From: an uncultured Verrucomicrobiae bacterium
GTDB lineage: Bacteria > Verrucomicrobiota > Verrucomicrobiia > Chthoniobacterales > UBA10450
DNA: 64,000 nucleotides
Assembly: GCA_963726745.1 (NCBI GenBank)
Contig: CAVSDR010000003.1
Coordinates: 224,001-288,000 of the forward strand
Reading direction: 5' to 3'
Positions 52,146-61,710 of the stretch are shown in pieces. The position numbers and the translations under genes are program-made. Numbering within the stretch: position 1 is the first letter of the stretch; each line of letters opens with the position of its first letter. The notes beneath the pieces were generated by a model that was not told the origin of the DNA, did no database searches, and worked only from the letters and a program-made list of their open reading frames with translations.

Positions 52146-53141
52146 ATGAATAAGCATCGTCATTGCTTGTGGTTGTCCTTGATTCTCGGAGCGCTGCTTC
52201 CCTTGCCCGCGCACGCCGGCCAGGTGCACGCACTCGACCCGGCCAAGGTCGTAGGCGCACAGAAATGTGGCGAATGCCACAAGTATGAGGCCGAAGCCTG
52301 GAAGACGACGCCGCATTTTAAGACCTTCGACGAGATGCACCGCAGCCCGGCGGGGCAAAAAATCGCCACCGCCCTCGGCATCCGCCGGATCAAATCCGAA
52401 AGCCTTTGCCTCACGTGTCATTACACCATGCAGCAAAAAGGCGGCGAAGCGGAGCCGATCTCCGGCGTCTCCTGCGAGTCCTGCCACGGCGCGGCGCAGG
52501 ATTGGTTGAACGTGCACAACGACAAGAAGCTCTCGCGCGAAGAGCGGCGCACGAAATCCGCCGCCGCCGGCATGATCCGGCCAGACGACATCTATGCTGT
52601 CGCGGCCAACTGCTACCAGTGCCACCTCGTGCCTAACGAGAAGTTGGTCAACGTGGGCGGGCATCCCGCCGGGAGCAAGGATTTCGAGCTCGTCGCCTGG
52701 TCGCAGGGAATGGTGCGGCACAACTTCCTCACGCCCGAGGGCGAAGAGGGCAAAGTGAACAAGGAAGACGACCTGAAGCGCCGCCGCCTGCTCTTCGCTG
52801 CCGGCACCATCCTTGACCTGGAATACAGCCTGCGCGGCGTGGCCAGCGCGACGGAAAAAGCGACCTACGGCATCACCATGGCACAACGCGCCGCAGCTTT
52901 GCGCAAGAAGCTCGAGGAAATCCAAAAGGTCGCGCCCACCGACGAAATGGCCGCGATCATCGCCGCAGCAAATGCCGCCGCCTTGAAGTTAAACAACCAG
53001 GCGCCGCTCGAGGAAACCGCCAACAAAGTGGCGGAACTGGGGAAGAAATTCACGACGTCGGTCGATGGCGACAAGCTGGCCGGGCTCGATCCGATGCTGC
53101 CGAAAGCCGAGCAATATCGCGGCAAGCCCTATCAGCCCTAG
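52146..53141 (+). CDS. Periplasmic tetraheme c-type cytochrome (c554-like)
   Basis: Signal peptide; CGECH, CLTCH, CESCH, CYQCH; 'W..TPH'. Confidence 0.9.
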   Translation: MNKHRHCLWLSLILGALLPLPAHAGQVHALDPAKVVGAQKCGECHKYEAEAWKTTPHFKTFDEMHRSPAGQKIATALGIRRIKSESLCLTCHYTMQQKGGEAEPISGVSCESCHGAAQDWLNVHNDKKLSREERRTKSAAAGMIRPDDIYAVAANCYQCHLVPNEKLVNVGGHPAGSKDFELVAWSQGMVRHNFLTPEGEEGKVNKEDDLKRRRLLFAAGTILDLEYSLRGVASATEKATYGITMAQRAAALRKKLEEIQKVAPTDEMAAIIAAANAAALKLNNQAPLEETANKVAELGKKFTTSVDGDKLAGLDPMLPKAEQYRGKPYQP

Positions 53142-53195
53142 ACCGCGTCGCGCATGATTGCCGGAATGCGCCGCCCGCCGATCTAGCCCTCGGCC

Positions 53196-54920
53196 ATGGC
53201 TGAACTGACCTCTCGCATGTCCCGGCCGCAGCGCTGGGATGTGCCCTTCGGCGCGCAGATGTCGGAGGCCGAGGTGGATCGGCTCTTGAGCGTCGCGCCC
53301 TTCGCCCAAGTCGATCCCACGCGCTTCCCCGAGAGCATTCCGTTACGCGGCATTCTCCTGAACGACGCGCGCGTCTGCCGCTTCCAGCGCGGCGAAATCG
53401 TGGTGCGCGAAGGCGATTACGGCAGTTCCGCCTTCTTCATCCTCGAGGGCGCGGTGCGCGTGCTCCTCGACTCGCTCCCGGCGCAGATGCTCGGCCGGCG
53501 GAGCCCGGAGAAGAAAGGCTTTCTCCGCTCGTTGGCGCAGCTTTGGTCCCGGCCGGCTTATCCGGAGATGCGCGATTACCACGCCGGCCACCTCGCGGAA
53601 GGCGCTTTGCAGAAACAAGCCCGCGAAGGCGAGCCGGTGCCCATTTTCCTGCAGGATGTGCCGGGCGTGCTCGATTCCAGCCACACCGCGCGCCTCGGCG
53701 CGGGCGAACTCTTTGGTGAAATCGCGGCTATCTCGCGCACCCCGCGCACGGCCACGGTGATCGCCGAGGAGCCGGCCGAGTTGCTCGAGATTCGCTGGCA
53801 AGGCCTGCGCGAGATCCGCCGCTATGCCCCGGAGTGGAAACAGCAGATTGACCAGCGCTATCGCGAACGCAGTCTGCAGACGCACCTGGGCGAGACGCCT
53901 CTGCTGCGCGATTTGTCGGAGACGGATCTCGCGACCGTCGCCGCGCAGACACACTTCGAGAGCTACGGCGATTTCGAGTGGAACTCGTCCTATCGCACCG
54001 TGCGCGAGGGCACCCCGCAGGAACGGCTGGCGCGTGAGCCGGTGATCGCGCGCGAGGGCGATTACCCGAATGGGCTCATCCTGATCCGCAGCGGATTCGC
54101 TCGTCTCAGCCGGAGATACAATCACGGCGAGCGCACCATCAGTTACCTTGGGAAGGGCGATGTCTACGGGCTGGGCGCGCTCCTGCACAATGCCCGTTTC
54201 CAAGACACCATCGGGCTGCAGTTTTCCCTGCGCGCGGTCGGCTACGTGGACATCCTCGTTATTCCCGCGCCCATCGTGGAGCGCTTCATCGCGCCACGCT
54301 TCACCGATGCGGAAATCGCCGCGCTGCTCGCCGGAATTAGTCAGCAGACTGAGATCAGCGTCGCCCAGGATGCCGAAGCCCGGTTCGGCCCGGAGATGAT
54401 CGAGTTCCTGGTCGAGGAACGCTACATCAACGGCACCGCCACCATGCTCATCGACCTCGATCGCTGCACGCGCTGCGACGACTGCGTGCGCGCCTGCGCC
54501 GCGAGCCATGACAACAATCCGCGCTTCATCCGGCACGGGCGCACCCAGAACGGCATCATGGTGGCTCACGCCTGCATGCACTGCGTCGATCCCGTCTGCA
54601 TGATCGGCTGCCCCACCGGCGCGATCCACCGCGAGTCGCTTCAAGGCGAGGTGGTGATCAACGACCTGACCTGCATCGGCTGCGCCACCTGCGCGAACAG
54701 TTGCCCCTACGACAACATCCAGATGGTCCACGTGCGCGATGCCGCCGGCGTTTTCCTGGTGGATGAAGGGACGCGCACGCCCATCCTCAAGGCCACGAAG
54801 TGCGACCTGTGCGTCGATCAACTCGGCGGCCCCGCCTGCGTGCGCGCCTGCCCGCACGATGCCCTGGTGCGCGCGGACATGCAGCAGGTGGACCATCTCG
54901 CGAAGTGGTTGAACCGGTGA
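53196..54920 (+). CDS. Two cyclic-nucleotide-binding domains fused to a four-cluster [4Fe-4S] domain (DmsB/NrfC-like)
   Basis: 'IVVREGD...F.ILEG.V', 'FGEIAAISRTPRTATV'; second degenerate cNMP domain; CTRCDDCVRAC, CMHCVDPVCMIGCP, CIGCATCANSCP, CDLC..ACVRACP. Confidence 0.9.
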   Translation: MAELTSRMSRPQRWDVPFGAQMSEAEVDRLLSVAPFAQVDPTRFPESIPLRGILLNDARVCRFQRGEIVVREGDYGSSAFFILEGAVRVLLDSLPAQMLGRRSPEKKGFLRSLAQLWSRPAYPEMRDYHAGHLAEGALQKQAREGEPVPIFLQDVPGVLDSSHTARLGAGELFGEIAAISRTPRTATVIAEEPAELLEIRWQGLREIRRYAPEWKQQIDQRYRERSLQTHLGETPLLRDLSETDLATVAAQTHFESYGDFEWNSSYRTVREGTPQERLAREPVIAREGDYPNGLILIRSGFARLSRRYNHGERTISYLGKGDVYGLGALLHNARFQDTIGLQFSLRAVGYVDILVIPAPIVERFIAPRFTDAEIAALLAGISQQTEISVAQDAEARFGPEMIEFLVEERYINGTATMLIDLDRCTRCDDCVRACAASHDNNPRFIRHGRTQNGIMVAHACMHCVDPVCMIGCPTGAIHRESLQGEVVINDLTCIGCATCANSCPYDNIQMVHVRDAAGVFLVDEGTRTPILKATKCDLCVDQLGGPACVRACPHDALVRADMQQVDHLAKWLNR

Positions 54921-55738
54921 GCCCGCTCCTCCTTCGGCGCCTCGTAGCCAGCAGCTTGCTGGTTATTTTTTGCGTCGCCACCTGGCTGCTCTGGGAAATA
55001 GCCCGGGCCGCGCTCCGTCCCACGGCCATCTACACGGGCGTGCTTCTGCTTGCGCTCGTGCTTGCGCTCACGCTTTTCAACGCCCGCAAAAAGCTTCCCT
55101 TTCTGCCCCTGGCCCGGGCCGCCACCTGGCTCCAGGTGCACATCTATCTCGGCTGGTTCTGCCTCTTCCTTTTCTTTCTCCACCTCCACTTCCGCATTCC
55201 ACAGGGAGCGCTCGAGATCGTGCTCGCGCTCGTCTTCCTCGCGGTCATCTTCAGCGGCGTCTTTGGCCTCGTCCTTAGCCGCAAGCTTCCCGGGCGCATG
55301 GCGCGCTCGGGCGAACCGCTGCTCTACGAGCGCATCCCCGCGTTCCGCCGGCGAATCCAGGACGAGGTCGAGCAATTGGTCCGCTGCGCCGAGCGCGAGA
55401 CCGAGTCCTCCACCCTGGCCGACTTTTACGTGCAATACCTGCGCCGCTTCTTCGTGCGCGTGCCGCACGCCTGGCGCGCGCTCGCCCCGGCAACCCACGG
55501 TCTCCATCCGCTCCTGGCCGAGCTCGACGCGCTCGACCGCTACCTCAACGAGCGCGAAAAAGCCATCGCCCGGGAGCTGCGCGATTGGATCGAAACCAAG
55601 CAAAACCTCGACTTCCAATACGCCAGCCAGCGCCTGCTCAAGCTCTGGCTCTTCGTGCACATTCCGCTGACTTACAGCCTGATTCTCCTTGGGCTGGCAC
55701 ATGGCCTGATCGCGGCGCTCTACGCCTGGAGGTGGTAA
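54917..55738 (+). CDS. Integral membrane protein, putative b-type heme binder
   Basis: GTGA overlap with upstream stop; ~5 TM helices; His in 'WLQVHIYLG', 'HLHFR', 'WLFVHIPL', 'LAHG'. Confidence 0.8.
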   Translation: MSPLLLRRLVASSLLVIFCVATWLLWEIARAALRPTAIYTGVLLLALVLALTLFNARKKLPFLPLARAATWLQVHIYLGWFCLFLFFLHLHFRIPQGALEIVLALVFLAVIFSGVFGLVLSRKLPGRMARSGEPLLYERIPAFRRRIQDEVEQLVRCAERETESSTLADFYVQYLRRFFVRVPHAWRALAPATHGLHPLLAELDALDRYLNEREKAIARELRDWIETKQNLDFQYASQRLLKLWLFVHIPLTYSLILLGLAHGLIAALYAWRW

Positions 55739-55741
55739 AAG

Positions 55742-57991
55742 ATGCAGCGCCCCCTCGATCCTCTCGGCTTCCGGGAAAACCGTTACGAGCGTCCGAATCA
55801 GGATTGGGTTTGCGGCCGGACAGACGAGCAACACCCCTGTCCGCTCGGGCCCGATGCGCGAGGAAATTGCCGGGCCACCGGCGAATGTCTTCCCGCGAAA
55901 CGCGGCGATCGCTGGAGTTGCACCCGCAGCGAGGCCGCCGGTGGGAAGTGCACCGAGGGGCCGCTGCCGGATGGCGCCTGCGCGCACCCCATTCTCCCCT
56001 GCCAGCCCACGCGCTCGCTCCGCCGCTCGCGCGCCCTTGCCGTCTGGCTGGTGGTCGTGCTCACTGGCGGCTTGCTGCTGATTTTCCTGGGGGTCGCGAT
56101 GCGGCGGCCCGTGATCGATGCCGGCACGCTGACTAATGCGCACGCCACCTCTGCGAGCACCTGCCGCGATTGCCACAGCCTCGACCAGACGAATCTCGGC
56201 GCGGCGCTCCTCTCGGGCTCGTTAGGCCAGCGCGCCCTGCGGGACAGCGCCCTTTGCCTCAAGTGTCACGAAGAAGGCGCGCAGCCGCTCAACCCCCACG
56301 GACTCCCGCCCGCCGCCCTGGCCCACATCCGCGCGGAGCAAAGCCCGTCGGCTAAAACTTCCGCGCCGCTTGCCTTGCGCGTGAGCCGGCAGTTCGCGGC
56401 CCACGGCGGCGACGCGGGAGCACTCGCCTGCGCGCTCTGCCATCAGGAGCACCATGGGCGAAATTTCAATCTCGCGCAGATGAGCAATGCCCAATGCCAG
56501 ACCTGCCACGCGGTGCAGTTTGCCAGCTTCGGCCAGGGACATCCGGAATTTGCCGGCTATCCCGCCCAGCGGCGGACCCGCATCTTTTTCGATCACCAAA
56601 GTCACCTGCGAGAGCACTTCCCTGCGACCCGGAGCGGCGCGCCGCAAGGCTGCCAGGATTGTCACACGCCCGGACCTGCGGGCCGCTTCATGCAGGTGAA
56701 AAGCTTCGAGAAAACCTGTGCCAGTTGTCACGCCGCCCAGATCCGCGGCGAGGGCATGACCACGAAAGGCGTGGCCTTTTTTGCCGTGCCAGGAATTGAC
56801 GCCGAAACGCTCGCCGCTCGCGGCCACAGCGTAGGCGAATGGCCGAGGCTGGCCGATGCGCGGCTGACGCCCTTCATGGAATTGCTCCTGTCGCGGCAGC
56901 CGGCGGCACGCGCGGCCCTGGAGCAACTGCGCGGCGTGGACCTGCTCGATCTGCGCACGGCGACGCCGGAACAACTCGCGGCCGCGGAGAGTTATGCCTG
57001 GGAAGTAAAGCGCCTGCTCTTCCACCTGGTGACCGAGGGCCAAAGCTACCTGCTCGCACAGATGGCGCAGGAAGTCTCGCCGATCGGCCTGGAGCTGCCG
57101 CGCGCGACGATTCTCGCCGCGCAAAAGGAGTGGATGCCAAACCTGCTGACCGAGATGGCTGCGTATGAAAAAGGCGTCAAACCCACGCTTGCGCCCACGC
57201 CTGCGCCGTCGCTCACGTCCACTCCGAGCCTGTCGGCTAAAACGGCGCCGCCGGCAGGAGACGGTGATCTGCTTGCGAGCGATGATCTAAGCGCAGCTGC
57301 GGCCACGCCGACGCCCGCACCGGCCGACGATGACCTCACAGGTGGCGACCTCTTGAGCGCATCGCCTGTGGCGGAAGCGACCCCGGCCCCATCGGCCACG
57401 CCTGCACCCGCGATCCCGGCGGAGGAATGGGTCGCCGCCGGCGGTTGGTATCGGCCGCAGGAAAGTTTTACCCTGTATTACCGGCCGGCCGGCCATGCCG
57501 ACCCGTTTCTCGTCGCCTGGCTCGAGGCCGCGCAGCGCTCCACGGTCGACCCGCACATTTTCGATCGCATGGCCGACCGCCAGGCGCCCGGACTCTGCCT
57601 CAAATGTCATACGATCGACCAAACCGCTCCCGGCCAGGTGCAAGTCAACTGGACCTCGGCCCAGCCGGACGGAAAGAGCCATCCCTTCACCACCTTCAGT
57701 CACACAAAACACTTCAGTCTCGTGGGCGACGCCGGCTGCCAGACCTGTCACAAGCTCGACCCGCAATCGACGTATCCGAAGTTCTTCGCAGAAGACGAGG
57801 CCGGCGCGCCGCGGCGCGATCCGCAGAAATTCCAAAGCAACTTCGCGCCCATGCCCAAGCTATTGTGCGCGGAGTGCCATCAGCCGCGCGTCGCAGGCGA
57901 CAACTGCACGCTCTGCCATCGCTACCATGCCGCTCCGGACCGGGCGGGCGAACTCGCCGAAATCGGCCGGTTTCGGCCCGCGCAAAAATAG
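55742..57991 (+). CDS. Membrane-anchored decaheme c-type cytochrome with Cys-rich N-terminal domain
   Basis: 10 CXXCH (CRDCH, CLKCH, CALCH, CQTCH, CQDCH, CASCH, CLKCH, CQTCH, CAECH, CTLCH); 8-Cys N-terminus followed by a TM helix. Confidence 0.9.
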   Translation: MQRPLDPLGFRENRYERPNQDWVCGRTDEQHPCPLGPDARGNCRATGECLPAKRGDRWSCTRSEAAGGKCTEGPLPDGACAHPILPCQPTRSLRRSRALAVWLVVVLTGGLLLIFLGVAMRRPVIDAGTLTNAHATSASTCRDCHSLDQTNLGAALLSGSLGQRALRDSALCLKCHEEGAQPLNPHGLPPAALAHIRAEQSPSAKTSAPLALRVSRQFAAHGGDAGALACALCHQEHHGRNFNLAQMSNAQCQTCHAVQFASFGQGHPEFAGYPAQRRTRIFFDHQSHLREHFPATRSGAPQGCQDCHTPGPAGRFMQVKSFEKTCASCHAAQIRGEGMTTKGVAFFAVPGIDAETLAARGHSVGEWPRLADARLTPFMELLLSRQPAARAALEQLRGVDLLDLRTATPEQLAAAESYAWEVKRLLFHLVTEGQSYLLAQMAQEVSPIGLELPRATILAAQKEWMPNLLTEMAAYEKGVKPTLAPTPAPSLTSTPSLSAKTAPPAGDGDLLASDDLSAAAATPTPAPADDDLTGGDLLSASPVAEATPAPSATPAPAIPAEEWVAAGGWYRPQESFTLYYRPAGHADPFLVAWLEAAQRSTVDPHIFDRMADRQAPGLCLKCHTIDQTAPGQVQVNWTSAQPDGKSHPFTTFSHTKHFSLVGDAGCQTCHKLDPQSTYPKFFAEDEAGAPRRDPQKFQSNFAPMPKLLCAECHQPRVAGDNCTLCHRYHAAPDRAGELAEIGRFRPAQK

Positions 57992-57997
57992 CCGGCC

Positions 57998-59062
57998 TTA
58001 TTTCGCCGAGGCCGGTGCGATCCGAAAAACCTGATAAGGCGTGGTGCGCATGCTTTGGCCATTATTGAACCGCGGCATGTGCTCGATCTGCGACGCGGTC
58101 ACGTAGAGAGAGCCGTCCGGTCCCCATGCGAGCGAGTCCGGCCAGTTCAGGCGTTCGTCCTGCACCACCCGCTCGATCTCGCCGCTCGCTGGACGAAAGC
58201 GCGAGATCCCATTTCCTTCGAGATCGGTCAGGTAGATCGCGCCGTCGGGACCTTCAAGCATGCCGTCGGGCGGCGCGGTTTGCCCGAGCTTCTCCACCTT
58301 GGCCGCGAGTGCTTCGGGCGAAAGTTTGTCATCGATCAAGGCCGCCGTCGGAATGCGATAAAGCGTGCGTCCGGTGAGCGCGTGGTAATAGAGGAAGCCA
58401 CCAGCCGCATCGAGCGCGATGCCATCAGAGTGGATCAGCGGCGTCTTGCCTTCAGGCGTAAGCACCTTCCGGCCTTGCACGGTGAGAGTGACGTCTGTTT
58501 CCGCCTGGGTGGACGGATGGCCCGCGAGCACACGGCGCGCGTTCCCGGTTTTCAAATCCACCACCACGAGCGCGCCCAGACCGGAATCGGTCAGAAACGC
58601 GACGTTCGCTTTCGTGTCCACACGCACATCGTTCAAATAGCTCTTCGCCGGCGCGACCTCACCCAGCGGAATGATGCGGATCGACTTGTTCGTCTGCAGA
58701 TCGATCTCGACCAGCTTCGGGCCATCGGCGACTACGCCGGCCATTTTCGGCGAGGCCGGATCGAGCACCCAGAGCCGATCGAGCGCATCCACGTAGACGC
58801 TTTGCACGCAGACGAAGTGGGTCGAGGCCGGGCCCTCGGCATTCCAGGTCTCGTTAGGGAAGGGCCGCGGCTGGCCGTCCACGATCTCCGCGACCGAGAT
58901 CGTGTGCGTGTCGGACCATTGCGGGAAGTTCACAAAAATGCGGCCGCTCTGCGAAACGGCCACGCCGGTCACCTGCAGCTCCGGGAAGCTCGCGACTTCG
59001 CGCAGATCCCCGGCGGAAAAGGTGGCCGCGACCGCCAGGAGAATTGGGAAGCTCATGCTCAT
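57998..59062 (-). CDS. Major royal jelly/yellow-like (L-dopachrome tautomerase-related) beta-propeller protein
   Basis: 'TGVAVS..GRIFVNFP', 'VQSV.VD..DRLWVLD', 'SYLNDVRVD', 'SDGIAL', 'WPDS'. Confidence 0.88.
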   Translation of the reverse strand: MSMSFPILLAVAATFSAGDLREVASFPELQVTGVAVSQSGRIFVNFPQWSDTHTISVAEIVDGQPRPFPNETWNAEGPASTHFVCVQSVYVDALDRLWVLDPASPKMAGVVADGPKLVEIDLQTNKSIRIIPLGEVAPAKSYLNDVRVDTKANVAFLTDSGLGALVVVDLKTGNARRVLAGHPSTQAETDVTLTVQGRKVLTPEGKTPLIHSDGIALDAAGGFLYYHALTGRTLYRIPTAALIDDKLSPEALAAKVEKLGQTAPPDGMLEGPDGAIYLTDLEGNGISRFRPASGEIERVVQDERLNWPDSLAWGPDGSLYVTASQIEHMPRFNNGQSMRTTPYQVFRIAPASAK

Positions 59063-59113
59063 ACAAGAGAGCATACGAACGCCGCCCAGTCTCCGGCTTC
59101 GCGAACTCGCCGG

Positions 59114-60565
59114 CTAATCACGCCGCGGCTTAAGCAACGGGAAGAGGATCACGTCGCGGATCGATTCCGCCCCGGTGAGCAACATCGTCAACCGATCGAC
59201 TCCGAGCCCAAAGCCGCCCGCCGGCGGCATCCCGTGCTCCAGCGCGAGCAGGAAATCCTCGTCCAGCTTCTGCGTTTCCTCGCCGGCCTGCTCGAGCAGC
59301 CGCTGCCGTTGCACCACCGGATCATTCAGCTCGGTGTAGCCAGGCGATATTTCCTGGCCGTTGATGATCAGCTCGTAGACATCGACTAACGAGTCGTCCT
59401 CCAGGTTTTGCTTGGCCAGCGGCACGAGTTCCTTCGGGCAATGGGTGACGAAAAGCGGGTCGAAAGTTTTCTCCTCGACCAGCTTCTCGAAGATCTGCTG
59501 CGTGACTTCGTAATCGGCCATGCGCGAATTGATCTCGACGCCTAATTCGCCGCAGCGCTGCCGGCGTTCTTCGCTGGTGTAGTCGAACCACTTCGGATCG
59601 ACTTCGCGAATGAGATCGCGATAGCGCGCGCGCCGCCACGGACGCTGGAGATTCAAGGTCCGCGTGACTTCACCCTCGGCGTTGCGGTGCTCGATCTGGG
59701 TCGAGCCGATGACCGTCTCCGCGAGATGACAAACGAGGCTCTCGACCAGGTCGGCGATCTGCTCGAAATCGGCGTAGGCCCAGTAAGCCTCGAGCATGGT
59801 GAACTCGGGATTGTGCCGGCGAGAGATGCCTTCATTGCGGAAGTTGCGGTTGAGTTCGAAGACTCGGGTGAAGCCGCCCACGAGCAGGCGCTTGAGGTAA
59901 AGCTCCGGCGCGATGCGCATGAAAAGATCCATCCCGAGCGCGTTGTGATGCGTGCGGAAAGGTTCCGCCGCGGCGCCGCCGGCCACTGCCTGCAGCATCG
60001 GCGTTTCCACTTCCAGGAAGCCGCGCTCCTCGAGAAAGCGGCGCATCCCGCGCACGATCGCGATCCGCTGCTCAAAGACTTTTTTCGATTGCTCGTTCGT
60101 GATCAGATCAAGGTAGCGCTGGCGGTAGCGCGCCTCCACGTCCTGCAAGCCATGCCATTTTTCCGGGAGCGGCCGGAGCGATTTAGCCAGCACTTTCAGC
60201 TGCGTGACCTTGAGCGTCGGTTCGCCGGTCTTGGTCGTGAAACACGTGCCTACCACGCCGAGGAAATCGCCCAGGTCGAGCAGGCCGAAGGTTTCCATCG
60301 TCTCTGCGCCCAGCTCTTTCGTCTGCAGGTAAATTTGCATCCGCCCGGTGCTGTCGCGCAGGTCGAGGAAGTGGCTCTTGCCCATGTCGCGATGGGCCGT
60401 GATCCGGCCGGCGATACGAAAGGTGGAGCCCTCGGCGAAACGCTCCCGCACTTCGCCGATCGTGCCGTCAGTCGCGAAAGCGCTGCCAAAAGGCGCGACG
60501 CCGCGCGCCTGCAAATCCGCCATTTTCTTCCGCCGGAGCGCGATCAGTTCGTTCTCTTCGTCCAT
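59114..60565 (-). CDS. lysS: Lysine--tRNA ligase (class II)
   Basis: 'YRQRYLDL', 'GGAAA.PF.THHN', '[11 protein letters not shown]', 'FRNEG', 'HNPEFT', 'GMPPAGG.G.G.DRL'. Confidence 0.97.
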   Translation of the reverse strand: MDEENELIALRRKKMADLQARGVAPFGSAFATDGTIGEVRERFAEGSTFRIAGRITAHRDMGKSHFLDLRDSTGRMQIYLQTKELGAETMETFGLLDLGDFLGVVGTCFTTKTGEPTLKVTQLKVLAKSLRPLPEKWHGLQDVEARYRQRYLDLITNEQSKKVFEQRIAIVRGMRRFLEERGFLEVETPMLQAVAGGAAAEPFRTHHNALGMDLFMRIAPELYLKRLLVGGFTRVFELNRNFRNEGISRRHNPEFTMLEAYWAYADFEQIADLVESLVCHLAETVIGSTQIEHRNAEGEVTRTLNLQRPWRRARYRDLIREVDPKWFDYTSEERRQRCGELGVEINSRMADYEVTQQIFEKLVEEKTFDPLFVTHCPKELVPLAKQNLEDDSLVDVYELIINGQEISPGYTELNDPVVQRQRLLEQAGEETQKLDEDFLLALEHGMPPAGGFGLGVDRLTMLLTGAESIRDVILFPLLKPRRD

Positions 60566-60676
60566 CGCTCGCGACTGTAGATTGAAACCCGTGAGGGGCG
60601 AGTGGTTTTGCCGCGCCCGCGGATTCGTTAGGCAACTTCGCACAGCCGTCGCTTCGCGGAGGGACGATTTGTTTTG

Positions 60677-60985
60677 ATGAAACCAAGCACCCTACTCAAG
60701 CAAATCGCCCTCGGCCTGGCGGTCTCGACCGCCGCGGTGGCTTTGACCTCCTGCGATTCGAAACAGGAGAACGCCCGCGAGGACAAAGCCGAAGCCGTGC
60801 GTGAAACCGGCGAGAAAAAAGCCGACGCGATCGAGTCGAAGAAGTCGCTCTCGAACGATCACTCCACAAACGCCACCCTCGAAAAGAAGGCCGATGCCAC
60901 GCGCAATGCCGCTGACGCCCAGGCCGACAAGATCGAGCACAACGCCGACGCCCTGCACCAGGCCAGCCCGGCGCCGACGCCTTAG
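60677..60985 (+). CDS. Small helical lipoprotein
   Basis: Lipobox 'LTSC'; repeated 'EKKADA' helices. Confidence 0.8.
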   Translation: MKPSTLLKQIALGLAVSTAAVALTSCDSKQENAREDKAEAVRETGEKKADAIESKKSLSNDHSTNATLEKKADATRNAADAQADKIEHNADALHQASPAPTP

Positions 60986-61173
60986 GCTCCCCGCCGCACC
61001 GGCCGGCGTCCGCGATCTCCCGAGGTCGCGGACGTCGTCTCCGGAGCGCGTTTCCTCACGCGGCCGCCCCCTGTCCGCGGGCGAGATTCCGTTTGCATTG
61101 CCGAAGCCGCGAATGACATAGTGCGCCCCCATCCCGCGACGCCGAGGCCGGCTTCCGCGGACGGGATTTTCTC

Positions 61174-61644
61174 ATGGCTCTCGATCTCCCGGAAACGACT
61201 TCGAAAATGGGTAGCCCGCTGGTGCGGCAGTTCTCGGTTTTCCTGCCAAACAAGGTGGGCGCGATGCTTGAGGTGGTGCGACTACTTAACCAGCACCATG
61301 TCGACGTGGTCGCGCTGAGCATCGCCGAGTCGACTGATTCTTCGATCGCGCGGATCATCGTGAGCGACCCCGACCTGGTGGAGCGGCTCTTCGGCGAACA
61401 CAACGTGCCGCACGGCCATTGCGACATGATGGTGGTGGAGTTGAACGAGGTCGCCGGCCAGCTGGCCAAGCTCTTGAGCGTGCTTCTGATGGCGGAAGTA
61501 AACATCCACTTCACCTACCCGCTGCTCATTCGGCCCCGCGGCTTCTCCGCCCTCGCGCTGCACGTGGACGACAATGAATGCGCCGCCTCCGTCCTGAAGG
61601 GCGAGGGTTTCAAAATGCTGAGCCAGGCAGACATCTCGCGCTAG
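61174..61644 (+). CDS. Tandem ACT-domain protein
   Basis: 'QFSVFLPNKVG', 'R.IVSDPD', 'AEVNIHFTYP'. Confidence 0.85.
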   Translation: MALDLPETTSKMGSPLVRQFSVFLPNKVGAMLEVVRLLNQHHVDVVALSIAESTDSSIARIIVSDPDLVERLFGEHNVPHGHCDMMVVELNEVAGQLAKLLSVLLMAEVNIHFTYPLLIRPRGFSALALHVDDNECAASVLKGEGFKMLSQADISR

Positions 61645-61710
61645 GCGGGAGGCCGCCGCGCGGGCGAGGTTTGACAGCTTTGCGCGCCCTCGTTTACAGG
61701 AAAGGACCCC

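Noticed and set aside
52000..52146. FNR/CRP box in the divergent cytochrome promoter region
   Set aside because: CTGA-ccg-TCAA has the wrong spacing for TTGAT-N4-ATCAA, and no convincing TGTGA-N6-TCACA was seen
49856..57991. Assignment of the cytochromes as Hao, NrfA or MtrA
   Set aside because: Heme counts and spacing do not fit: no CXXCK, no octaheme protein, and the decaheme is membrane-anchored with a long heme-free insert, unlike MtrA
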